From positions 1 to 39,580 of the forward strand of contig JANRLX010000114.1 of NCBI GenBank assembly GCA_033762115.1: a stretch of DNA of 39,580 bases, read 5' to 3'. Source of the stretch: Verrucomicrobiota bacterium (lineage in GTDB: Bacteria > Verrucomicrobiota > Verrucomicrobiia > Limisphaerales > SXQI01). Below, in pieces: positions 26,185 through 34,808 of this stretch; positions within the stretch are counted from its first letter, which is position 1, and each line of letters opens with the position of its first letter. Below the pieces are notes generated by a model. That model did not search any database, was not told the DNA's origin, and worked only from the letters and a program-made list of their open reading frames with translations. The position numbers were made by a program, and so were the translations under genes.

Positions 26185-27369
26185 TTGGGAATTGTGGAAC
26201 CTTTGCCTGTCACCAGTCTTTACCTGCATGTGCCTTTTTGTGCGCACAAGTGCGAGTATTGCGCGTTTTACTCCCATGCCCCCAGTGGCGATCTGGTCAA
26301 TCGCTATATCCAGGCTGTCATTAAGGAACTGGAACTGGTCGCTGCCCAGGTTAAGCCCAGGACGATCTTTTTTGGCGGAGGAACTCCCTCGCTTTTGAAT
26401 TTGCAGCAATGGGGAGCAGTTCTTAAAGCCATGGAACGCCTGAACCTGCTCGGCGCAACTGAGTGGACCGTGGAATGCAACCCAGCCACAGTCTCATTGG
26501 ATAAAGCCAAACTCCTCCGAGATTTTGGGGTAAACCGGGTTTCAATGGGGGTGCAATCCTTTGATCCCGCTCTGCTGGAACGTCTTGGAAGAATTCACAG
26601 CCGCGAAATGGTTTTTAAATCCTATGACACCCTGCGAGCAGGCGGCTTCTCAAACATTAACCTTGACCTGATGTTTGGGATCCCAGGTCAAACCATGAAA
26701 ATCTGGCATGACACCCTGAAGGAGGCAGTTCATTTGGCCCCGGAACATCTTTCTTCCTATGAAGTCATTTACGAGGAGGACACTCCTCTTTTCCAGCAGT
26801 TGCAGGCTGGTGAATTCGAGGTGAATGAAGAACTCGCCTGCGAAATGTACGATGCCTTGCTGCATGTTGCTGGCGAGAACGGTTATACCCAGTATGAAGT
26901 GGCCAACTTCGGTTCAGGCGCCTTGAACCATGGTGTGCCGGAATTTGCCTGCAAGCATAACCTGAATTACTGGCAGGGTGGTTTTTATGTTGCAGTGGGC
27001 CCAAGCGCCTGCGGGTTTGAGCCCGATGGCACCGGGAATTCTCTCGGTATTCGGACGCGGAACTGGTCCAACACCCAGATGTACTGTGAACTCATCGAGA
27101 AGGGAACCCGCGCCATCGAATCAACGGAGCGGCTGGACAACTTGCACCGTGCATCTGAAATTGCCGCATTCGGTTTGCGCATGAACACGGGCTGGAAGCT
27201 GGGACATTTTACTGAACTTACCGGCTATAATTTACAGCAGGAATGGAAAAACGAGATTGAGGATTTGACCAGTCGCGGTTGGGCTGTCCTGAGGAATGAT
27301 CAGTTTCATTTGACGTCCAAAGGAATGCGATTTGCCGATGCCGCTGCTGAACTGTTCCTTCGAGCATGA
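26185..27369 (+). CDS. hemW: Radical-SAM-like heme chaperone HemW (HemN-like)
   Basis: LYLHVPFCAHKCEYCAF (CxxxCxxC), FFGGGTPS, RVSMGVQS and HNLNYW (HNxxYW signature). Lacks the long N-terminal extension of true HemN. The exact start is uncertain. Confidence 0.88.
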   Translation: MGIVEPLPVTSLYLHVPFCAHKCEYCAFYSHAPSGDLVNRYIQAVIKELELVAAQVKPRTIFFGGGTPSLLNLQQWGAVLKAMERLNLLGATEWTVECNPATVSLDKAKLLRDFGVNRVSMGVQSFDPALLERLGRIHSREMVFKSYDTLRAGGFSNINLDLMFGIPGQTMKIWHDTLKEAVHLAPEHLSSYEVIYEEDTPLFQQLQAGEFEVNEELACEMYDALLHVAGENGYTQYEVANFGSGALNHGVPEFACKHNLNYWQGGFYVAVGPSACGFEPDGTGNSLGIRTRNWSNTQMYCELIEKGTRAIESTERLDNLHRASEIAAFGLRMNTGWKLGHFTELTGYNLQQEWKNEIEDLTSRGWAVLRNDQFHLTSKGMRFADAAAELFLRA

Positions 27370-28457
27370 AAGCTGCGGAGTTCCTCGCAATTGCGGAACG
27401 GCTCATGTCCCAACCGGCAGTGGCTTACCATGAAACCGGTGTTCGGGATACGGTTCTGGCTATTTGCTCTGAGCACCATCTCCCGATTCAGGAAGACCGC
27501 TACGGCAATCTTTTGGTCACTTACCAAAAAGGCACAAGACGCCGTCCTTTGGTTCTCGGCGCTCACATGGATCATCCAGGTTTTGAACTTGGCAAAATCC
27601 TGCGGAAAAATCGTTTCCAAGGGCGCTTTCTGGGAGGAGTTCCCCGGCAGTTTTTCAAGCCGGGCATTCCGCTCCTTCTTTTTCCAGGAGCGATCAAGGG
27701 CAAACTGGTCCAGGCCGGAAAGAAGGAGTCAATTTTTGAAATTCAGGCAGAACAACCCTGCACTGCAAAATTCGCCGTTTGGGCGCTCAAAGAATTTGAT
27801 ACAAATGGGGAAACGATTTTTGGCCGGGCCTGCGACGATCTGATCGGTGTCGCCGCGATCCTCGCTACCTTGATCACTCTCAAGCGGGAACGGCGTTCGG
27901 CACATCTTATCGGTGCAATCACCCGCGCGGAAGAGATCGGTTTTCATGGCGCACTGGCTTTGGCAAAGAGTGCAGTTCTTCCAAAAGACTGCTTGATCAT
28001 TTCGCTCGAAACCAGCCGGGAAATGCCCCCTGTGAGAACTGGCGAAGGAGTAATCATTCGCGTGGGAGACCGCTCCTCGATTTTCAGCAGCAGCGGCACG
28101 CGGTTCATTCAGGAAGTGGCGTCCGAACTCCAGGCCAGGGATAAACAATTCAAATACCAGGCAGCTTTGATGCGTGGGGGAACCTGCGAGGCCACCGCTT
28201 ATCAGGAATATGGATTCGAGACTGCCGCTTTATGTGTCGCACTCACGAATTACCACAACTGTGGCCCCAATGAGCAGATCCTGGAAGAGTCGGTGAGTCT
28301 CGGTGATTCACTCTCGATGGTGCAGCTTTTGTGCGAAATTTCCCAATCCATGCCTCGCTCCGTGAAATTAAGCAAAAAGCTGAACCGCCGTTTGGAGGTC
28401 CTTGCGAAAACGGCTTTAAAGCAATTGCGGCTTAAATCCCTTCCAGCTCTATCCTGA
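27366..28457 (+). CDS. M20/M28/M42-clan metallohydrolase/peptidase
   Basis: Metal-ligand motifs AHMDH, RACDD, RAEEIG, SLE and NYHN. ATGA overlap with hemW. Confidence 0.85.
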   Translation: MKAAEFLAIAERLMSQPAVAYHETGVRDTVLAICSEHHLPIQEDRYGNLLVTYQKGTRRRPLVLGAHMDHPGFELGKILRKNRFQGRFLGGVPRQFFKPGIPLLLFPGAIKGKLVQAGKKESIFEIQAEQPCTAKFAVWALKEFDTNGETIFGRACDDLIGVAAILATLITLKRERRSAHLIGAITRAEEIGFHGALALAKSAVLPKDCLIISLETSREMPPVRTGEGVIIRVGDRSSIFSSSGTRFIQEVASELQARDKQFKYQAALMRGGTCEATAYQEYGFETAALCVALTNYHNCGPNEQILEESVSLGDSLSMVQLLCEISQSMPRSVKLSKKLNRRLEVLAKTALKQLRLKSLPALS

Positions 28458-31400
28458 TCCTGAGGAATTGATACGGCAATGCACCCGCCCCTTTCATCGG
28501 TTCACGAGTCCTGACGGTGACGGTCTCGAGCAGTAATCCATCTCCCACATCCGTTTGTGAAACCTGGAGATTCTCAGGTGCTATCCATGTCAATGGAGTC
28601 CACTCATCGAGATCAACCGAAAGATCGACAAAATAGGCCAAATCAACCGGTTCTTTTCGGCGAACATAGGTTATCGTAAAATATTCTTTTGGAATCTGGT
28701 CTTCAGATGGATCAATAGAGGTTACCTGCCCTGGTTTTGGCAACCCTTTACCCTGGTTATCAACCAATCCCCGGTCCGGTTGCTTTGGGTTCATGTTGAA
28801 GGCGTATTCGTAAATATTACTCACACCATCCCCATCCGGGTCGGCATTCAAGCCACTGATCCCTGGGTCAGCCAGCTCACCCGCAGTAAAAAACTGGCTC
28901 TTCCAAAGCGCAAAGGTCTGTCCAGTTGACGCCTCAATGGTAAATTGAGCTGAAGTGATCGGGTAACCTCCCACGGCCTGAGCATCCACTCCAATGGGAT
29001 TCACGAATTCAGCATCAATACCGGCTGCTTCCACGATTTTCATTCTCAAAGTGCTTCCTACCGGGGCAGCGGCATTCAATGAGAGTGCCACAATCCAATG
29101 TTCAGGCAGGCCCGCCTGAACAATCGCGTTCGTCAATTCCAGTGTGATCTGGTTATCCAGGTTCGTGACCACTGAAACCCCGGTAATGATCCGGTCCAGT
29201 GGGGTGACCAATCCATTCCTGTCCGCGTCATGAAACAGCCTGATCGCAGAAACATTTTGGGTCACGTTCAACGTCCCTTCAAAAGCGAATCGGAGTGATT
29301 CGACACGCACATCCGCATTATGCGCCTGCAGGACAAAACGAAGGGCCGGAAATTGATTGGCCCCAGGACTGATGCTGACCGCTCCGTTATTATTTGTTCC
29401 ACCAGCAGAAAATCCAATTTCGACTGCAGTTGCGCTACCGAATTCCGATGTCGATCCCTCGGTGGCATGCGTTGCGGTCATCGTTACATGCGGATACAAT
29501 GGATTCACAATCAAAGGAGCGCTCCAGGTGCCGCCCGCCCTGACTCGTGCTTCGCCGATAAACTGCGCACCTTCCGGAATGCCAGGTCCCGGATCTGAAA
29601 ACAGCTGGATCAAACTGCCCGGAGGAGTAATGGCAAGATCCGCCACCGTGCCGTTGATGCGGATCCCGTCATACGTCAGTTGCAATGGAGAGGGCATTAA
29701 CCGGTTTCCACCATTGATATGGTCGATGCCCAGATTGGAATTCTCGGAAATATCATTGTTAAGGATGCTGTTTCCTGACGCTCCAGTGCCGTCAATCACC
29801 ACCCCGCCTCCTTCATTGAACCGGATTTCGTTCCCTACGATCAATGAAGTCAGGCCACCAGGAAGTTGAACGATTGCGGTGCCGCCAATCAGATTGTCTG
29901 AAGCTCCATCACCTATATAAATGCCTGCCCCGAGATTGCGGCTTTCCTTGGCTCCTTCATCGATTCCAATCAAATTCGCTCTGATATGATTCCGCTCGCT
30001 GCCATTCCCGGTCAGGTGAATGCCATGACTTTGGTTTTCAATGATTAGATTTCGTCCGGCACTCACACCATACCCGATGATATTTTCCGATGAGCTTTCA
30101 ATTTGAATTCCGGAGCCGGAATTGTTTGCGATGGTGTTCCTGTAAACCAGATTTGCTCCTCCCTCAATCAGTAGAATCCCCGGGCTGCCTGGGTTCACTC
30201 CACTGTTAAGCACGCTGTTATCCTTGTCGCGGGCCACGCCGCCGATTTGGTTTCCATACCCTCGTCGAACCACAATTCCAGCAAGGTAGTTGTCACTGAT
30301 CAAATTTCCTTCAATCACGTTTTCGTCCGAGTTATCGAGGTAGATTCCAACCTCATTGGAATATAGATCGTTGGGAAAGGATGACTCGGTCCCAATCCGG
30401 TTTCGCGCCGATCCGCCAGTGACCATGATACCCACCCCCCAGGGAGGGCCCGCTCCAATATCTCCACCGGCTGCAGGGCTCAATTCTCCTGTATGGGCAA
30501 TGATATTATAAGTGATGGCAGAGCCCAGGATTGGATCGGCAAGAACGTTATTCGTGATCAGGATTCCGGCCGCATCATTATTGACGATAAGGTTTCCATG
30601 TTCAGGAGCATTTCCCCCGATGACATTTATCTCCGCCCCATTCATGATCTTGATTCCAACATGATTCGGTGCGGCGCGACCGAACTGTTCTTCCCCCACG
30701 CTGTTATTCAGGATTCGATTGGCCGACTCAAATACCCCTTCATGATTGATATGTCCGCCACAATCGTCCAACACGATCCCTGCTTCTGTTGAATTCGCGA
30801 TCAGGTTTCCAAAAAGATACTCGTCAAAGTCTGACCCGGAAAAAAAGCTGATTTGTTCTCCCTCCCTCCCGATCACATTGGCTTTTGCCCCATTTCTGAT
30901 GGCGATGCCGATTCGGTTTTTTCCTGAAGCGGGAATGACACCGTTCTGATGGTCCGTTCCAATCTGGCAACCAATGATTTCATTATGATCTGATCCAGCT
31001 CCCTCAATGAGGATTCCTGCATTCGGTGACGCCATCACATGGAGGTCAAGGAAGGTATGCAAATCGCCGAGCACATTGTGATGGCTGCCTCCACGGATTC
31101 GGATTCCATTGCCTCCATTTGGGAAATAAGGAAACTGGGAACTTGGCGCAACCGAACCGATGTGTGAGCGGTTAACCGTATTATAGGCAGTAGTCGCCCC
31201 TTCTATCAGCACGCCATCATCCCGGTTTCCGGCAAAGGCGTTTCTACCTCCCGCACTTCCCGGAATCCTTGAACCAATCAGGTTATGATGCGCCCCGCCC
31301 GTAATCCGCAATCCATTCCCCTGGTTGGGGAGCGGCTGCAAACTGAAATTCGCAACCGAATTGACTCCTGAACGTGTTCCGTCAACCTGGTTGTAAGCAC

Positions 31401-34400
31401 ACTCCGGACCTTCCAACAACACTCCATCACCATTGTTTCCTGCGGGATTCATGAACCGCACCACATTATGCGGAGCGTTCAAAATATGAATTCCAGGCCC
31501 GAGATTGTGATGAATGTCACTGGCACGCGGTAAAGACCCTTCCTGCCGACCCAGCAGGTTATAGCTCGTTCCATTCCCACGAATCATTACCCCTGCAAGC
31601 CCGTTGCTTCTCACAGTGCCCGGATGAACAATATTAAAAGAAGCAGAATTTTCGATGAGCACCCCATGCTCCGCACAGCTTTCAGCTGAACCAAGAATAT
31701 CAGGAGTACTTACTCCTGGAAGGCGAAAGGCGTTGTGGCGGACACCGGCTCCTGCCAGGTGAATTCCGTGTCGTCCCGCAACCGCTACTTTCAAACCCAT
31801 GAACTGGTTCTGTTCTGCCGATTCCTCAAGATAAACACCTGTTCCCCCGGAATTTTCCACCCTGACGGAATCAATTCGATTTCGCTTTCCTCCATTCAGG
31901 ATGTGAACTCCATTTCCCTTGAAATTCCGCAATGTTGCATGTTCAAGCCTTACTCCTTCCGTGCCATCAAGCAACCATCCCACAGCCTGAGCGCCAGCAC
32001 CCGCGCCATCGATAATGATCCGCAGCTGGTAATGATCATGGTTTGTAACAGCAGGCAGCGGCTGATTCAGGAAAATGGTCTGTCCAAACAATGAGGCTGC
32101 CACCGAAATGAAATCCACGGATGCCGGACCGCCACCGCTCCCATCATCCCCGTCCCCGGAAACATTATCGGTCTCACGCCTGCGATAAGGGATGTGGTTG
32201 GGATCATCCTCTGACAGAAATTCTCTTGGATCATGCTGTTCAATGGGACGCCCTAGCGTGCCGCTGGCCATAAGAAAAGCCTCCTGCAAGCTCACCTCTC
32301 CATCCGCTGAATTGCTTTGATCCAGCCTGGTGACGGTGATCGACAACCCCCGGTTGCTCGGAGTATCCACCGGCGGATTGACCACGACGACTTGCAGCGG
32401 CGTTTCCGCTTCTGTCCCTCCCAGGCGAACAGTAAGGGTATGCGTGCCGTCAGGCAGGGTGGGCAGTGTGAAAGTCAGGAGGTTGCTTCCGGCGCTGTGC
32501 GCAAAAACTCGCGTGCTTCCATTCACCAGGACTTCATGAGACTCACCCCTGCCCAATGCGAAATTCGTCCCCCGAAACGTGACGACACCCTGCGAGGTCG
32601 CTGGATTGGGAAACACCTCAAAGATTTGCGGAGGAGGGAGAAAAGTATATCGCTGCCGTTGGATATCAAGGAGCCGGGTGCTTGTTGCATACTCCTGATT
32701 TGTCGCCTTGAGGCAGATGTAAGCATTGCCATGCGGAAATTTGCTTTGCCAGTTTGTCGGGACCCTGATCGCCAGGGAAGTGGCACTCGATTCCAAAATC
32801 TCAGCCTCCAATTCAGCTGAGGCACGGGGTGGGACTTCCGTGCTCAGGAATTCACAAAAGCTCGCTACCAGGCCCGCTGATTGAGGAGGGAAATGCCTTC
32901 CCTGCACAATGACAACATCCCCGCCCCTCCCTGTTTTGGGATGGAAATCAGTGATCACAGGCTCGAACGGATCACCAATGATCCAGGCATAACGCTCAAT
33001 TGCCAAAGCAAGAGGCAGCGTTAATCCGGCAGTCCTTTCCACAGCCTGCAAACCGGAACTGACCTTGCCGAACGCATCAATTGTTTTCCCCAGGATTCGT
33101 GCCACCAACAGGGCTTTCTTCCCGACCTTTTGCGCAAGCGATGAAAGGTTATCCGGATCCGTTCCTGCCTCTGACGCCTTCTCAACGATTTCAGATAATA
33201 ATGTTTTTATGACAGCCTGGGTTGTCGTCTTCAATAGATCGTAAGCCGTGTCACTGTCGAGTCCACCCACCTGATACGCAGCCCATGCCTTGCGCACATC
33301 CACAAAAACCGTGTGCATCAATTTGTGAATTAATTGCGGATCATCCACGATCGCATCCACAGGAAGAAAAATGGACGCGACATCAATTGTTCCAATCACC
33401 AGATTGGCTGCGAGTGCGTTCAGCCAGTTATAATTTCCTCCAACCTGATCAATCAAATCGCTTTGATTGTTCCGAAAAAAAGATAATCCATACCACAAAT
33501 TTCCGCTGTACGCTTCCGCGACATAGACCCCTCCACGTTCCCTGTTGAATCGGATTTCATTGGGAGCGAGGAACGGTTCAATCGGGGAAAAAAGAGCTTC
33601 CGTCAAAAACTTTGCTCCCAGGTCAACCAGATCGAGATTGGCGGATCGCAGTTCGGCATGAACAACTACGCTCTTTAACGCCTTCCCCACTTTTCTCGGG
33701 TTGTCTTGCGGCTTGAGCATGCGAAACTCATTTCTGCCACCGGGAAACTGGGTCTTGTCCAACTCGAAAATCTCGATGTACCAATCCACCGGGTTGGAAT
33801 TCTGGGCGTTGCTTATCTTGATATTGACGGTATCCAGCAGCTTGTTGGTGTTCGAAAATTCCGCCTTCAGCCGTAACGCTGTGGAAGGAATTTGGGCAAC
33901 GGTGTCCTTGTTTAAATTCACAATAAAATCAGGCCCCTGCGCAGAGAAAATTTGAGCAAACCCCTCCTCTGAAGGTGTCAACAGCTGTTCGATGATCTTG
34001 AGCACGAGCGGATCAAATTCCGGATGATTCAAGTAATCAGCCCCGGCCAGGGAGGAAGCGTTGATGACCGTGGCCAAATCCGCGATGTCGCTGTTTGATG
34101 CGATTTGAGCAATCCGCGCCAAAGCCTTTGAAGGAAGTCGCGATCCAATCAGCGGGTTTAAAAACAGTGTCGCAATCGCAGTGCTCCGCGCATCCACCAC
34201 CACTTCTGTATCAGCAGGGCGCACCACTGCCATGAAGGAAACAGTGCCAATCGTTGCCTGCGCGAAAATAAGGCTGATCCGGTCTGAGGGCACCTCAATC
34301 TGGAACTCACCGGTTTGGGCTGCGGGGGTTATGAACGTGTTCATGGCGGAGACAGAAAAATCCTGCGGCCTTAATGGTCCGGGAAGCGCAAGACGACCAT

Positions 34401-34716
34401 TGATGATCCTTGTCACCATGAATGGTGCCCGGTTTGTCACTGTTTCGTCTCCCTTGCTGATGACGACCTCCCCGGAAAGAGTGCCCGGGGCAATTTGAAA
34501 AACGACGTTTGAACTGGTCGTTTGCTGGACGTTCGCCGGCGTGCCGTCCACCGTCACAGTTACTTGTCCCTGGCCACTGTCAAAACCTGCTCCGGAGATT
34601 GTCACTGGAGTGCCTATGGGGCCGTAACTGGGGCGCATGCGATCCACTGACAGCTGCCCTGAACAATTAAGACAAACCAGGAGAAAAACCGCCAGTTTCA
34701 AGAGGATCGTTTTCAT
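28432..34716 (-). CDS. Large secreted/surface protein (2094 aa): three IPT/TIG domains, CSLREA-like segment, right-handed parallel beta-helix, C-terminal DPDGDG domain
   Basis: Signal peptide MKTILLKLAVFLLVC. IPT motifs (P..GPIGTPVTISGAGF, P..GRGGDVVIVQGRHF, PNPATSQGVVTFRGTNF). DGEVSLQEA. Many N.IG/N.I..N...GI.I repeats. ADPDGDGVSNIYEYAF near the C-terminus. Confidence 0.88.
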   Translation of the reverse strand: MKTILLKLAVFLLVCLNCSGQLSVDRMRPSYGPIGTPVTISGAGFDSGQGQVTVTVDGTPANVQQTTSSNVVFQIAPGTLSGEVVISKGDETVTNRAPFMVTRIINGRLALPGPLRPQDFSVSAMNTFITPAAQTGEFQIEVPSDRISLIFAQATIGTVSFMAVVRPADTEVVVDARSTAIATLFLNPLIGSRLPSKALARIAQIASNSDIADLATVINASSLAGADYLNHPEFDPLVLKIIEQLLTPSEEGFAQIFSAQGPDFIVNLNKDTVAQIPSTALRLKAEFSNTNKLLDTVNIKISNAQNSNPVDWYIEIFELDKTQFPGGRNEFRMLKPQDNPRKVGKALKSVVVHAELRSANLDLVDLGAKFLTEALFSPIEPFLAPNEIRFNRERGGVYVAEAYSGNLWYGLSFFRNNQSDLIDQVGGNYNWLNALAANLVIGTIDVASIFLPVDAIVDDPQLIHKLMHTVFVDVRKAWAAYQVGGLDSDTAYDLLKTTTQAVIKTLLSEIVEKASEAGTDPDNLSSLAQKVGKKALLVARILGKTIDAFGKVSSGLQAVERTAGLTLPLALAIERYAWIIGDPFEPVITDFHPKTGRGGDVVIVQGRHFPPQSAGLVASFCEFLSTEVPPRASAELEAEILESSATSLAIRVPTNWQSKFPHGNAYICLKATNQEYATSTRLLDIQRQRYTFLPPPQIFEVFPNPATSQGVVTFRGTNFALGRGESHEVLVNGSTRVFAHSAGSNLLTFTLPTLPDGTHTLTVRLGGTEAETPLQVVVVNPPVDTPSNRGLSITVTRLDQSNSADGEVSLQEAFLMASGTLGRPIEQHDPREFLSEDDPNHIPYRRRETDNVSGDGDDGSGGGPASVDFISVAASLFGQTIFLNQPLPAVTNHDHYQLRIIIDGAGAGAQAVGWLLDGTEGVRLEHATLRNFKGNGVHILNGGKRNRIDSVRVENSGGTGVYLEESAEQNQFMGLKVAVAGRHGIHLAGAGVRHNAFRLPGVSTPDILGSAESCAEHGVLIENSASFNIVHPGTVRSNGLAGVMIRGNGTSYNLLGRQEGSLPRASDIHHNLGPGIHILNAPHNVVRFMNPAGNNGDGVLLEGPECAYNQVDGTRSGVNSVANFSLQPLPNQGNGLRITGGAHHNLIGSRIPGSAGGRNAFAGNRDDGVLIEGATTAYNTVNRSHIGSVAPSSQFPYFPNGGNGIRIRGGSHHNVLGDLHTFLDLHVMASPNAGILIEGAGSDHNEIIGCQIGTDHQNGVIPASGKNRIGIAIRNGAKANVIGREGEQISFFSGSDFDEYLFGNLIANSTEAGIVLDDCGGHINHEGVFESANRILNNSVGEEQFGRAAPNHVGIKIMNGAEINVIGGNAPEHGNLIVNNDAAGILITNNVLADPILGSAITYNIIAHTGELSPAAGGDIGAGPPWGVGIMVTGGSARNRIGTESSFPNDLYSNEVGIYLDNSDENVIEGNLISDNYLAGIVVRRGYGNQIGGVARDKDNSVLNSGVNPGSPGILLIEGGANLVYRNTIANNSGSGIQIESSSENIIGYGVSAGRNLIIENQSHGIHLTGNGSERNHIRANLIGIDEGAKESRNLGAGIYIGDGASDNLIGGTAIVQLPGGLTSLIVGNEIRFNEGGGVVIDGTGASGNSILNNDISENSNLGIDHINGGNRLMPSPLQLTYDGIRINGTVADLAITPPGSLIQLFSDPGPGIPEGAQFIGEARVRAGGTWSAPLIVNPLYPHVTMTATHATEGSTSEFGSATAVEIGFSAGGTNNNGAVSISPGANQFPALRFVLQAHNADVRVESLRFAFEGTLNVTQNVSAIRLFHDADRNGLVTPLDRIITGVSVVTNLDNQITLELTNAIVQAGLPEHWIVALSLNAAAPVGSTLRMKIVEAAGIDAEFVNPIGVDAQAVGGYPITSAQFTIEASTGQTFALWKSQFFTAGELADPGISGLNADPDGDGVSNIYEYAFNMNPKQPDRGLVDNQGKGLPKPGQVTSIDPSEDQIPKEYFTITYVRRKEPVDLAYFVDLSVDLDEWTPLTWIAPENLQVSQTDVGDGLLLETVTVRTREPMKGAGALPYQFLRIRIELEGI

Positions 34717-34717
34717 A

Positions 34718-34799
34718 GGGGCGAGAAGTTCGACAATAAGAGTAACAAAGACTTAAAATTTCAAGTCTATTCGTACTAATCGGCTGGACTTCTCTCCCC
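34718..34799. repeat. Concentric imperfect inverted repeat (82 bp)
   Basis: Outer arms GGGGCGAGAAGT / ACTTCTCTCCCC match 11/12. The inner AGACTTAAAATTTCAAGTCT shares the same centre (34758/34759). Confidence 0.65.
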
Positions 34800-34808
34800 G
34801 ATATAAAA

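Noticed and set aside
26185..27369. Oxygen-independent coproporphyrinogen III oxidase HemN call
   Set aside because: The short N-terminus and HNxxYW motif indicate HemW.
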